Below, in pieces: positions 13,115 through 26,535 of a stretch of 64,000 bases of DNA (position 1 is the stretch's first letter; every line of letters starts with the position of its first letter). The DNA is taken from NCBI GenBank assembly GCA_964016885.1, contig CAXHJY010000706.1:1-64000 (forward strand). The letters are read 5' to 3'. Made by a program: the position numbers and the translations under genes. The DNA comes from Eledone cirrhosa (taxonomy: Eukaryota). The notes under the pieces were generated by a model, which saw only the letters and a list, made by a program, of their open reading frames with translations, did not search any database and had not been told where the DNA came from.

Positions 13115-13791
13115 TTAATAATTCCCGAACCGGGACTATGCGTTAAGTCCTTACTTTATTTCACGTTGCTCTTTCTTCCAGGAACTGCGACCAGTATATA
13201 GTATCAGCAATGGAAAAACTAATAGAAACATTGTTTCCTTGATCCGATTTGACGAGTTCCACCCCACTCGGTTAGCGAATGAGGTCTGGGATCTTGTCCA
13301 TCATTTCTATGTTTTTTATTTACTTAAAATACACACGCGGTTATATTTCGGTCTTATCATCCCAACAGCCAATCTAATTCCTTGTCACTTTTATCATCAC
13401 TCACCAAAGAACACTTTAAAAAAAAGTATATGCTGCCCTGCACCATCTTCATTATATATTGCAGCATTCGCATACATACATGCACGCAAGCACGCACTCA
13501 CACATAGGGATAGAGAGAGAGAGGGGTTGGGGAGAGGCACACGTACTCACATATACATAAGTACATTAAAACGGACACACAGAAATATCGAAAGAGAGAC
13601 GTCGAACGAAAGAGGGAGAAATATAGACACGCACGCACATACACACACATACACACACATACACACACACACACACACATAAGCACACATAAGCACAGAT
13701 AAGCACACACATAAGCACACACATTCGAATACATACATACAAGCACGCACAATCACACAGAAGAACACACAAATACACACATGTACGTATG

Positions 13792-13864
<73 letters not shown>

Positions 13865-14297
13865 ACACGCACACACGCACACACGCACATACACATACAC
13901 ACAGGCAGCTTTCTCAATATCAAATTTGGTAAACATATATCTCTTTATCTGTAAATGATGAAAGGGGTGACAAGACAATCCGATATGGGAGAAATTGGAA
14001 GTTAGAGTAATGAGAATTAATCGACGGCTTTAGTATATTAATAGTGGTGTATAGCAAGAGGTTAAGCCCACAAGGAATCCAGCCAGTGATCCGTTTTCGA
14101 TTGAAGATTGCAGAGTCTTTGGCACACAAAAAAATCTAAATAAAGAAATAAAAGAAGCAAAATAAGAAAGAAGAAAACAGATACATAAATTATATAAACG
14201 GTATCTTCCATTGCTTCAGAGCCTCAAATTTGTTAATAGAAGTTGGTTGAAGAGGTTCTATTGACCATCGTATTATCGGTCTTCGGTCTTGGAATGA

Positions 14298-14492
14298 GGG
14301 CAGAGGATTAACAGTATCGGTAGGGCGTCGGACAATATGCTTTGCAGCATAGAGTTTACGGTCATTTACGATTTGAGTTCAAATCCCGCCGAGGTTAACT
14401 TTGCCTTTCATCCTTACGGGGTCGATAAAATAAAGTACCAGTAATGTATTGTAAATTGCTGGCCTTGTGCCAAAAGTAGAAACAATTATTAA
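14298..14492 (+). mobile_element. SINE family A
   Basis: A/B boxes, core and tail as at 419-615. Confidence 0.9.
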
Positions 14493-14529
14493 TAGTAATA
14501 AATGGAAAATATCACTATAGCATCATATT

Positions 14530-14590
14530 TATTCTATTATACGTATTTCAAGGGATACCAAATTATAGTATGCTTTCATCAGATAAAATA
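14530..14590 (-). ncRNA. Minimal type-I hammerhead ribozyme (family 1, copy B)
   Basis: Minus strand: TATTTTAT-CTGATGA-AAGCATACTATAATTTGGTATCCCTT-GAAA-TACGTA-TA-ATAGAATA; 8-bp stem I, AAG/CTT-closed stem II, palindromic loop III. Confidence 0.8.
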
Positions 14591-14814
14591 AAATGTTTGA
14601 TGCAAAAGATAGTGACATACCTAAAGTATAAACTTTCAACTTCAGCTTACAGTGGCATGTGGAATGAAAAATATATTTGTATATATATATGTGTGTGTGT
14701 TAAGTATTTCCATAGAAGAGGTAAAGTAACGAAGAGTGCTCTGTGTATAGTACAGAGGTATTTAATTATTTTCCTTTGTAATTTTTACATGCCCCAAAAA
14801 AATACATATATATA

Positions 14815-15300
<486 letters not shown>

Positions 15301-15426
15301 ATAATAATAAATTTGAAGACTAAAATCCAAAGAGGGCTCGATAAGTTTCAGAAGATCCCGTTAAGGGTGAAAGCAGCGATTCTTTGCTTAAACTTTAATC
15401 TGTTATTTAATAAATATATATATATA

Positions 15427-15746
15427 TAGTTGTCCCCCGGTATTCGCGGGGTTTATGACCCTAGAGCACACGCGAAAAGTGAAAAACTGTGAACATTTGA
15501 CTCGGTCCATAATAGTGCCTATAAACGTCAAAACATAACGTAAAATATAGTCCGGCAACTACGGTATAATGTGATTAATAATTTAGCGTTAAAAGGTGTG
15601 AAAAAAATATATTTATTGCTACGAAAAAAAGCCATAAAAAAAGTCGCGGAAGATATTTACGATTCCGCGAATATGCGGTGGTTTCCAGGGACGATTATTA
15701 GTTAGGTTCTAAGGAAAATTCCGCGAATAACCCGGACTCTCTACTA
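15427..15746. mobile_element. pogo/Tigger-like non-autonomous DNA transposon
   Basis: Imperfect TIRs TAGTTGTCCCCCGGTATTCGCGG / CCGCGAATAACCCGGACTCTCTACTA, internal CGCGAA repeats, TA context. Confidence 0.6.
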
Positions 15747-15786
15747 TACATGTATGTATTATATATATATATATATATATATATTG

Positions 15787-15872
<86 letters not shown>

Positions 15873-16039
15873 CTATATATATATATATATATTACTTGGC
15901 AACATGACCCTCCCAAAGTATAACAATATCGGTTTCAACACACGATTTCAGATAAAGAATCTTGCTAAACAAATTCAGAAACGAAATATATATATATATA
16001 TATATAGATATATAGATATATATTACTATATATATATAT

Positions 16040-16163
<124 letters not shown>

Positions 16164-16259
16164 TGTAAGAGAGATGAGGAGTTACCAGTTGAACGTATAA
16201 GAACATATTCAGCTAAGTACTCGATACTTGGGGAAGTAGAGTCGGACACTCACTTTTAA

Positions 16260-16334
<75 letters not shown>

Positions 16335-16385
16335 AGAGTCGAGATCTGACGGTTGAGCTCTTGCCGTTTCAACAACTAGCTCCAT

Positions 16386-16435
<50 letters not shown>

Positions 16436-16439
<4 letters not shown>

Positions 16440-16632
16440 TATAGAAGGAGCTTCTACAGGACTAGTACTGTTTCATTCAGATGAAATCTTCAGGGCTTCC
16501 TGAAGATTTCATCTGAATGAAACAGTACTAGTCCTGTAGAAGGCTCCTTCTATAAAATAAAAAAAATGTTACTCTGCCATGTATTGAGTACCTTACTTAC
16601 TGTGGTTATCTCCCACTCAACCCGGGACCTAC
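16436..16632. mobile_element. Palindromic mini-element with back-to-back hammerhead-like cores (family 2)
   Basis: About 58-bp near-perfect arms around loop GCTT; each arm reads CTGAAGA-TTTCATCTGAAT-GAAA-CAGTAC-TA; tail GTATTGAGTACCTTACTTACTGTGG on the right. Confidence 0.75.
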
Positions 16633-16639
16633 GTATATA

Positions 16640-16734
<95 letters not shown>

Positions 16735-16792
16735 GGACTTGAACATCATCTGAAACTACTTCGCTTTTCCTTATTCTATATATATGTATATA

Positions 16793-16848
<56 letters not shown>

Positions 16849-16850
<2 letters not shown>

Positions 16851-17068
16851 GGATCGAAGTTGTTGTTACTGCATACATATAAACTTTATTGGCATATTAC
16901 AATCGTTACCATATCGATCAGCTCAGGATACAATAATCATAATGACGAGATATCGAAGAAAGGTCCTGCCCCAGTCATTATGATTGTACTCGGAGCAGAT
17001 CGATATTGAAACAATTGTAATATGTCAATAAAGTTTGTTTATATGCTGCAATAGTGACTTCGATCCTA
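16849..17068. mobile_element. Inverted-repeat element with degenerate hammerhead
   Basis: About 95-bp imperfect arms; GAGATAT-C(-)GAAGA...GAAA-CAATTG-TA-ATATGTC. Confidence 0.6.
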
Positions 17069-17154
17069 CTCACTTTTATTTACCCTCTTCTCATTACATC
17101 CGCCCTTAACTCAGGTCTGGGACGCAACCCAACATTTAGTTAACTCTCTTAACA

Positions 17155-17495
17155 TCCTGGGTTCAAATTCCGCCGGGGTTATTAAATAAAGGGCGGTGGA
17201 TTGACAGCATCGGTAGAGGGTCAGACGCCATGCCTTGCAGCATAGAGTTGTGGCCCTTTACGGTCTTGGTTCAAATCCCGCCGGGGTTATTAAATAAAGG
17301 GCGGTGGATTGACAGCATCGGTAGAGGGTCAGACGCCATGCCTTGCAGCATAGAGTTGTGGCCCTTTACGGTCCGGCTTCAAATCACGCCGAAGGTTAAC
17401 TTTGCCTTTCATCCTTACGGGGTCGATAAAATAAAGTACCAGTAATGCACTGGGATAATTGCCAGCCTTGTGCCAAAAGTAGAAACAATTATTAT
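17155..17495 (+). mobile_element. SINE family A with tandemly duplicated head
   Basis: Two near-identical head units of about 108 bp followed by core and tail. Confidence 0.85.
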
Positions 17496-17504
17496 TGGTT
17501 AGTT

Positions 17505-17735
17505 GAGGATATGATCGACTCTGGCCTGAGATCGGCTCTGGTGGGTCGTCGGCTAGGACCATCTAAGCAGACTCCTCTAGAGGATTTCAAGCTTGGGATT
17601 ATGGGCATTTTCCAAGCATCTTAAGCAAGGCAGTGTTATAGAATGGGTATTACTATTTCGAGACATGATCCAGAGGCACAGAGGTGCCAACAGCCGAACG
17701 TGTCCGAGATGCACGCAGAGTGTTGAACCCGTAGA
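17505..17735 (+). mobile_element. Degenerate Tx1/L1-clade LINE ORF2 fragment (cysteine-rich C-terminal region)
   Basis: RTCPRCTQSVEPV (CPRC at 17701-17712) preceded by a frameshifted QCYR...RD motif; similar to 36840-36930. Confidence 0.5.
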
Positions 17736-17811
17736 CAGGATCAAATATTAACCCCGACAAATCAGTGGATTCGCAGTTGACCACTTGCCGGAAAAGAGTA
17801 AAAGATAGATA

Positions 17812-18006
17812 TAATTGTTTCGACTTTTGGCATAAGGCCAGCAATTATCCCAGTGTATTACTGGTACTTTATTTTATCGACCCCCGTAAGGATGAAAGAC
17901 AAAGTTAACCTCGGCGGGATTTGAACTCAGACCATAAAGGGCCGTAACTCTTTGCTGCAAAGCATGGCGTCTGACCCTCTACCGATACTGTTAATCCACC
18001 GCCCTT
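17812..18006 (-). mobile_element. SINE family A
   Basis: Reverse complement of the consensus. Confidence 0.9.
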
Positions 18007-18261
18007 TAATAATGTGTGTGTACGAGTGTGTGTCTGTGTGTATGTGTGTGTGTGTATGTGTGTGTGTGTGCATTTTCTTGAAACAGTGAAATGCATCGTT
18101 TCACGTAGTGTGCCAAGATCAATTATATCTGATTACGATAAATAAATCACTTGGTTTAACTGATAATTGTGTCTACATCGAAAACTCGGCTCAACACAAG
18201 CTTACATCAAACACAAATACACGGACGCGCATTGACACACAGAGAGAAACTTACAGACAAG

Positions 18262-18347
<86 letters not shown>

Positions 18348-18548
18348 TATATATATGTTTGTGTGTGCTTACATCTGTGTACGTACACGCACACGTATAC
18401 ATATACGCAAGTACACTATAACTTTTTCAACGTAAAGCCACATTTCGATGAACACACACACACACAATCTCAAAGAAGGACACGCTTGAACGCAGCCCAA
18501 ATAACTGACAAACAGACGCATACACGCGCTCACACACACACACACACA

Positions 18549-18590
<42 letters not shown>

Positions 18591-18888
18591 TTGTATATAC
18601 AGAAAACACATACATGCATACACACATATTCACCATCTGCCATTTTCTTCCCACGCGTGTTTTTCCAAATCCTCTTTGACTGACATTTCACCAGATTTTT
18701 TATTGTCTCTTTTTTTATATATTTTTTCTTTGTTTTGTATTTCTTTTACTTCTCTCCTCCTTATTCGCCGATGATGGAGGACTAGCATCCGAAACATTAA
18801 GATTCTTATATTGCTTATATTAATTGTTCAACTAATACACTGTTACTGCTTTGTACTACTTACTACCTTGTGCCGTTGTTTTCTTTTA

Positions 18889-18959
<71 letters not shown>

Positions 18960-19518
18960 GTGTGTGTGCGTGCGTGCGAGCGTGCGTGCGTGTGTGTGGT
19001 CGTGCGCGTGTATGCGTGTGTGTGTGTGCGTGTGCGTGCGTGCGTGCGTGTGTGTGTGTGTGTGTATGTGTGTGTGTGTGCGCGCGCGCGTGCGCGTGTG
19101 TGTGTGCGTGTGTGTGTGTGTGCGTGCGTACGTGCGTGCGTGTGTGTGTGTGTATGTGTGTGTGTATATATGTGTATGTGTGTGTGTGTGTGTGTGTGCA
19201 TGCGTGCGTGTGTGTGTGAAGTATATATTTATTGTGGTCAATTGGCATTATAGTTAAAGCTTTAAACAATGTCTTACGAGATATTTGTTCAAATTACTGC
19301 GAGGTCAACTTTGCCGTTTGACTTTACCAGTATGGTGCTGAAGTGTAGCCATCTTCTCTTCCTCCTGGAGGAATGGATCGAGAAGATGTCTGTGTCTTCT
19401 AACAAATACTTGGGCTCCACCCCAACACATACATAAATAGTATTAGCGAAAGTCATGCTACATGGTGATACCAAATTATATTCGATTGCGAATGGCGGTT
19501 GAATTATATTATATTAGC

Positions 19519-20115
19519 TGCTTCTTCTTCTTCTTCTTCTTCTTCTTCTTCTTCTTCTTCTTCTTTTATCTTCTTCTTCTTCTTCTTCTTCTTCTTCTTC
19601 TTCTTCTTCTTCTTTCTTCTTCTTCTTCTTCTTCTTCTTCTTCTTCTTTTTATCTTCTTCTTCTTCTTCTTCTTCTTTTCTTCTTCTTCTTCTTCTTCTT
19701 CTTCTTCTTCTTCTTCTTCTTTTTATCATCTTCTTCTTCTTCTTCTTCTTCTTCTTCTTCTTCTTCTTCTTCTTCTTCTTCTTTTTATCATCTTCTTCTT
19801 CTTCTTCTTCTTCTTCTTCTTCTTCTTTATCATCATCATCATCATCATCTTCTTCTTCTTCTTCTTCTTCTTCTTCTTCTTCTTCTCTTCTTCTTCTTTA
19901 TCATCTTCTTCTTCTTCTTCTTCTTTATCATCATCACCATCTTCTTCTTCTTCTTCTTCTTCTTCTTCTTCTTTATCTTTATCATCATCTTCTTCTTCTT
20001 CTTTAGCATCATCATCTTCTTCTTCTTCTTCTTCTTCTTCTTCTTCTTCTTCTTCTTCTTCTTCTTCTTCTTCTTCTTCTTCTTCTTCTTTATCATCATC
20101 ATCATCATCTTCTTC
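19519..20115. repeat. (TTC/ATC)n microsatellite
   Basis: Direct inspection; abuts the 3' end of the RTE relic. Confidence 0.95.
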
Positions 20116-20310
20116 TCGCACCTATTCCAGAGAGGGTTGTGTGGGAAGACAAAGACCTCAAAGACGCCATCTAGCGGGTCCTGTCAGAAGCAACTGTCTC
20201 CAATTAATCTAGCTGAATCTCTTAAGCGAGACCAGCCGAGTTGTTTCGACGTCATCCAACCATCTTTCTCGGTGGTCTATCGTTGAGTCTTCTTCTACCG
20301 GTTGCTTTTG
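20116..20310 (-). mobile_element. Degenerate RTE-like LINE 3' end
   Basis: Minus translation with stops and frameshifts: ...GRRR..RP.RK(W)...LETVA.DRTRW..L. Confidence 0.5.
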
Positions 20311-23189
20311 TCTAGTCTAAATGTTTAATTCAGTACAATAGATTTTGTGAGTACACTGTAGACTTTAAAATCACCAAATTTATCTAACTACAACCTTAAT
20401 GTATTTATTACACTTGCCTTTTTTAGATAATTGGAATAAACATCACAATTATTGCGTTGTTCAGTGTTATTTCAATGAAGGTCGATGTGTTTTAAGTTAG
20501 TAATTATGATCTAATGGAGTAACGTACCTTACACAATTTTTAATATCATTTCCTAAATATAACAAATACTCTAATTTTTATATAAAATTCTATTCAAAAT
20601 CCGCATAGAAAATTGATAGTTTTTATTTTCTTCTTCATTTCTTTGTTTTTTAAAATACATTTTCATTTTTCATTTTTTTTTTTTTTTTAATCTGTTTTGT
20701 TTTTCTTTTGCTATTGTTTTATTCAAGAATTTGTGAATTATTTTGTTTCCCTCACGCCGCAGAAAGTTAATGTTCATTGCACATATATCATTGTAAGAGA
20801 GAAAATGGCGCCAGAATGATGACGACTATTAAAGTTGGACCAGATTATCCTGTGGGGAGTTGAAATCAAGAACACGCAATAAAACTGTGTGCGACTTCAA
20901 TGATAAATGAAGCCACATGCAAACGTATTGTGCTCAGTAATGCCAGACAGTCCATGAATCAAGAGAAAACGCCAGGTAGCTTTGTAATCAGCTTCAACTT
21001 TGGTAGGTGTAGCAGAGCAACGCAACACTAATGAACTTCGAAGGGGAGAGGTCAGTAGATTTCTCAAGTGATGGATGGTCTAACGACTTGCCGAACACAA
21101 CTCATCCTTTTCCATTTTTCCTATGTGCATTTTCCTCTTCTTCTAACATTTTTCGCTAGTTATTTATTTATTTTCATTACATTGTATTTTTCTCCCCTTC
21201 TTTTGGGGTTTTGTTTTGTTTCTAAGTATGAGAAGCAGAAGAAGCCATTAGGAAACGACGGAAATATACATAACAAAAGAAAGGGCATCTGAGAATATAT
21301 ACTAAGTGTACATCCATATATATGTGTATGCGTGTGTATGTGTGTATATGCATGTATAGGTGCGCGTGTGTGAGCGTGTGTGTGTGAGTGTATGTGTGTG
21401 TACGTGTGTGTGTACGTGTGTGTGTACGTGTGTGTGTACGTGTGTGTGTGGGCGTGTGTGTGTGGGGGGGGGGGGGTACGTGTGTGTGTATGTGTGTGTG
21501 TGTACGTGTGTGTGTACGTGTGTGTGTGTGTATGTGTGCGTGCGTGTGTGTGTGTGCGTGTGTATGTGTGTGTACGTGTGTGTGTACGTGTGTGTGTACG
21601 TGTGTCTGTGTGATCTTGAATAAAAAGGATATCTAAAATTCTAATTTGTTTCTTATTTACGATTTAAATTTCTTAGTTGTGTCAACTATTCTCGTTATTC
21701 CAACAATACTGGGACATCTCCGATATAATACCAAACTCCTATAGGTTTCAACGATCTCAACTCTTTATAATAACAACATAATGCAGTACATAAGGTAGAA
21801 AAACTCAAACTTTCAGGCAATATTAGTAATGGACGTATCTCTGGAGTAGTTCAACTTCCACTCTCTTGGTAAAGTAATATTGATGTGATTTTATTAGAGG
21901 CAAGATAGTTACTTACTTAATAACAATGAATCATTTTTCATATAATAGGTGAGTCATGGAATTCTGTTTACCAGATATTGAAAATTGGAACAGAAAATAT
22001 AAAAAAAAAAGATAAAAAAACTTTGCGTTCTTTTATTCACGAAAGCAACGTTTTTAATCATTCACTCGACGTGAAGTTTTCAGACAATTGTGCCTTTACA
22101 GATACCTAAGAGAAAAGTTAAGATAAAAGCTAAATAAAGCTCTGAATGAATTTAGACGTAGTTGGTCTCATTGTTTGGATTATATAGCCATTATTCTTTT
22201 TCTCTAAGAAAGTGGAAGAGTCACAAAACGCCAAATGTAAAATTTTCTCTAAGATATTCACCAATGAATGATAAAAGTTGTTGATATATGAATGAGATCA
22301 TACCAGAGGCTATTGATAATTTCAATATCTTCTTGACTTTGCTACCAGTGTCAGGGTACCATATTTCAATTCGAGACAAGCTATTTTAGACTCGTTGTCT
22401 AACACGAAACGAATGTAGAGACACTGTAGCTAACATCCTCTACGCTGTATGCAGGTTTGCTAGTCTATAATGCTGTTGCTCTGAAGAGGGGATGGGCTCC
22501 GCTAGGCTTAAAACTGCCTTAGAATGCTGACGGCAATATGGCGCCTCTACGACTCATTCGGGAGTTATGGGTGTAGACATACATTGTTGTTGCTAATGTT
22601 TGTGTAAATGACTATGAACGGATTCAACTGTGAGAATTATCAATCCGTGTTTTGGACAGCTTAAGAGTAATTCAGGAAGTGGCTTCTGGTGGCTAAATTT
22701 CCAAATTCTACGAGTTCACTACTCTTGTATAATCCTTACTTAAGGCAATCTGCTTGTCGAGGAAATAATATGGGAGGTAAGTGAAGTCTAACCATGCGTA
22801 AATGAATAGACAGAATTTAAGGTTAGGATTACTGAAGACATGTGGCCTAGTGGTAAGGTTGATGGACTTACGATTATAATGTTGTGGGTTTGATTCCTAG
22901 ACTGGGTTGTGTGTTGCGTTCTTGAGAAAAATACTTTCCTGGTGGAAAACTCGCTGTTGAAATCAGCAGATGAAATTTTGTTGTCGACGATCTTATTTTT
23001 GAAAAATAATTGAGTGGCATATTTGAAAAACTAACACCGGTTTAGCCCTAAAGAGCTACAGGTAAAGAAAACCTTACCAGCTCACGAAAATACTGATTAG
23101 TTTAACTCTAAAACAATATTAAATGTTCAACAAAATACGTTGGATAACTATGGCATAACAACAAACTTACGGGAGCGATCTGCAACATG

Positions 23190-24045
23190 TATCGATAAAG
23201 TACCAGTAATGCACTGGGTAATTGCTGGCCTTGTGCCTAACGTAGAAACAATTATTATTACTATGACACTTTACGATCTGAGTTCAAAATCCACCGAGGT
23301 TAACTTCGCCTTTCATCCTTACGGGGTCGATAAAATAAAGTACCAGTAATGTACTCGGGTCGATTTAATCGACTTTTCCCCCTCCCCAAAATTACTGGCT
23401 TTGTGCCTATACTAGAAATCATTATTATTATTATGGCCCTTAATATTCTGAGTTCAAAATCCGCCGAGGTTAACTTTGTCTTTCATCCTTACGGGGTCGA
23501 TAAAATAAAGTCCCAGTAATGCACTGGGAAAATTGCTGGCCTTGTGCCAATAGTAGAAACAATTATCATTATTATTAAGACAATTAAGGAGGGTGGATTA
23601 GCAGTATTGTTAGAGCGTCGGACACCATACTTTGTAGCATAGAGTTACGGCCCTTTACGGCCTGAGTTCAAATTCCTTTCATCAAATTCAAACTTTGCCT
23701 TTCATCCTTACAGGATCGATAAAATAAAGCACCAGTAACGTACTGTGTTCGATTTAATCGACTTTCCCCTCCCCCAAAATTGCTGGTCTTGTGCCTAAAG
23801 TAGAAATCCTTATTATTAAGTCAATTGGATTACAGAATTTGTAGAATGTGTTGGGCACTATGTTATGATTTTTATTATTTCGATATATTCTAGGTTTAAA
23901 TCTTGTTGATGTCGGCTCTGCTTTTGAACCTTCCAGGATCGATAAAAAGAAGCACCATTAAAGTACTGTGGTCAATTCAGTCCACCTTACCCCAAGACCT
24001 AAAAATATTTATTATTATGTCTATATTAGAAATCATTATTATTGA
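23190..24045 (+). mobile_element. Cluster of about 5 head-to-tail SINE family A copies and fragments
   Basis: Repeated B-box, core and (ATT)n tails; the last copy is highly diverged. Confidence 0.85.
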
Positions 24046-24839
24046 TAAGAAATTATAGTTGTAATTATTATCATCACCCCCGTCACCCTCCTCCTTTCCA
24101 CCATCTTCATCGTCATCATCTACTTGTTATTATTACTATTATTATCAGCCTCACCTGAACCTATTCGTCTGCGTTTGTATCACCTTGTCCGGTGAAGCTA
24201 CTTAGCTTCGATTATTAGGGCATATTTCTATAATTGTTCAGTCATGCATAATACATCAGGACACAGACTCTTTTCATGTAGAAAATGTTTAATTGTTAAT
24301 CAAACAACCCACCTATTTGTCAAACACATAATATGCCTCACTTTACTTCCTGTTTTGTTTTACATTCTTTTTTTCTTTCAGTTATTCTATCTTTCCTTCA
24401 TGCTTTTTATTGATCCCACCTCGGGCTCTTTCAAGCAATATATAATCGATCTGAAACTCAGATTTTTTTTTTTTTTTTTTCTTTATCACTGATGTCTAAT
24501 ACCAACTCTTTCGAAAGTAGATAAACACTGGTTGTGTGACCAATCACAGCACTTGTTGGAATTTACTGCAATATTTTCAATGAAATGAAAATGATAAATC
24601 TAAACCGGAGATTGGGGTTGAAGGCGAAAAGAGTTTTATGTATTTATATATATATTTTTTTTTATCTATTATTGCTTTTATCTGTCTTCCACCAACATAC
24701 ATACATACGTACATATACACACGCCAATATATATATATATATATATACACACGCACATATATATATATATGTGTGTGTATATATATACATGTGTATATAT
24801 ATATATATAAATGTGTGTATATATATATATATATAAGTT

Positions 24840-25023
24840 TATCCCAGGTTCAATCGGGGGGAGGGGACCATAGTCAGTAAGTTACTCAATACATAGCAGA
24901 GTATAAATATTTAATATAGAAATGGCTTCTACAGGACTAGAACTGTTTCATTCGGGAGAAATTATCAGGGCTTCCTGATGATTTCTCCCGAATGAAACAG
25001 TTCTAGTCCTGTAGAAGCCATTT

Positions 25024-25028
<5 letters not shown>
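24840..25028. mobile_element. Palindromic mini-element family 2, second copy
   Basis: About 55-bp arms around loop GCTT; CTGATGA-TTTCTCCCGAAT-GAAA-CAGTTC-TA; tail (reverse) on the left. Confidence 0.75.
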
Positions 25029-25102
<74 letters not shown>

Positions 25103-25261
25103 TTACTATGATATTTTGTAATATATTTTACATAGATCAATAATAGAATGGATATACGGGGAACTACCCCCCAGAAACGATCGTAAAATAATGAGTTTTA
25201 TTATGAATTAACCATGTTTTTTTTATTTCATTGTTTTCACTACTTGTGTATATATATATAT

Positions 25262-25410
25262 GAGTCCCGGGTTCAATCGGAGGTAATCACAGTAAGTAAG
25301 GTACTCAATACATTAGTAGAGTATACACAAAATTTAATAGAAATGATTTCTACAGGAATAGAACTGTTTCATTCGAAGAAAATCATCAGGCTTGTGATAG
25401 ACAGATCGAA
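25262..25410 (-). mobile_element. Non-palindromic copy of family 2
   Basis: Minus strand: TCACAAGC-CTGATGA-TTTTCTTCGAAT-GAAA-CAGTTC-TA... plus the same tail. Confidence 0.7.
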
Positions 25411-25606
25411 CCAGAAAATTAGTTCTGATTGACACATTCCATCCGATATAATGTTTTGATTTAAATATTCACGTCTGATGAGCAGATTGATACCTAATAC
25501 AGGTCTACCATACAGATAAAAACTTTGAGCCGATCATCTGTAAAAAATATGTAACTTTGGATATGAAATAAGAACATTTTAAAATGAAACTTCGTTATCT
25601 CAAACA

Positions 25607-25797
25607 TAATTGTTTCTACTTTTGGCACAAGGCCAGCAATTATTCCAGTATATTACTGGTACTTTATTTTATCGACCCCGTAAGGATGAAAGGCAAAGTT
25701 AACCTCGGCGGGATTTGAACTCAGATCGTAAAGGGACGTAACTATGCTGGAAAGCATGGCGTCCGACACACTACCGATACTGCCAACTCACCGAACA
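25607..25797 (-). mobile_element. SINE family A
   Basis: Reverse complement of the consensus. Confidence 0.9.
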
Positions 25798-25809
25798 TAA
25801 TATATATAT

Positions 25810-25976
25810 ACGACAGGCTCTGTGGTTTCTGTCTACCAAATTCCACTCACAAGATATTGATTCACCTGAGGCTATGTACTAAAAGACACTTATCCAAAAT
25901 AATGCACAACGGAACTGAAGACAGAACTACTTGGCTACGCAGCAAACTCCTTAACCACACAGCCATGCCTACGCCT
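25810..25976 (-). mobile_element. tRNA-derived SINE, family C (diverged)
   Basis: Minus strand AGGCGTAGGCATGGCTGTGTGGTTAAG...GGATAAGTGTCTTT...GTGAGTGGAATTTGGTAGACAGAAAC; resembles abundant octopus SINEs as I recall them. Confidence 0.65.
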
Positions 25977-26309
25977 ATACATATATGTATGTAGGATAAG
26001 TCGTGTGCATGTTGGGATGTTACGTATATATATATATATATATGTGTGTGTGTATATGTGTATATACATATACATATATATATATATTGAAGGATAAGTA
26101 TTTACCCTTAATTTTATTCTGAGTTAAGACTCTATTGATTTTTTTCCCTGTATTACACTAAATCTGTGGATAAAATATCTGTCTTGACTCTTTTTGAATT
26201 GAGATTGAATTATTTTCCCATATCTTACGTTAAATATTTTCCATCTTGACGTAATAGTTACTTATATGTATGAATAGCTGTTGGCTTCTTGCTCACATTA
26301 ATTTCTCTA

Positions 26310-26478
26310 GTATCAGTAGAGGGTCGGACGCCATGCTTTCCAGCATAGTTACGTCCCTTTACGATCTGAGTTCAAATCCCACCGAGGTTGACTTTGCCTT
26401 TCATCCTTACGGGGTCGATAAAATAAAGTACCAGTAATGCACTGGGTATTTGCTGGCCTTGTGCCTAAAGTAGAAACA
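26310..26478 (+). mobile_element. SINE family A, 5'-truncated, with TSD
   Basis: 13-bp direct repeat ATTAATTTCTCTA at 26297-26309 and 26479-26491. Confidence 0.9.
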
Positions 26479-26496
26479 ATTAATTTCTCTATTTTC

Positions 26497-26535
<39 letters not shown>

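Noticed and set aside
18768-18800. CCGATGA-TGGA...TCC-GAAAC
   Set aside because: Core U4 is mutated, with no convincing UH or stem I.
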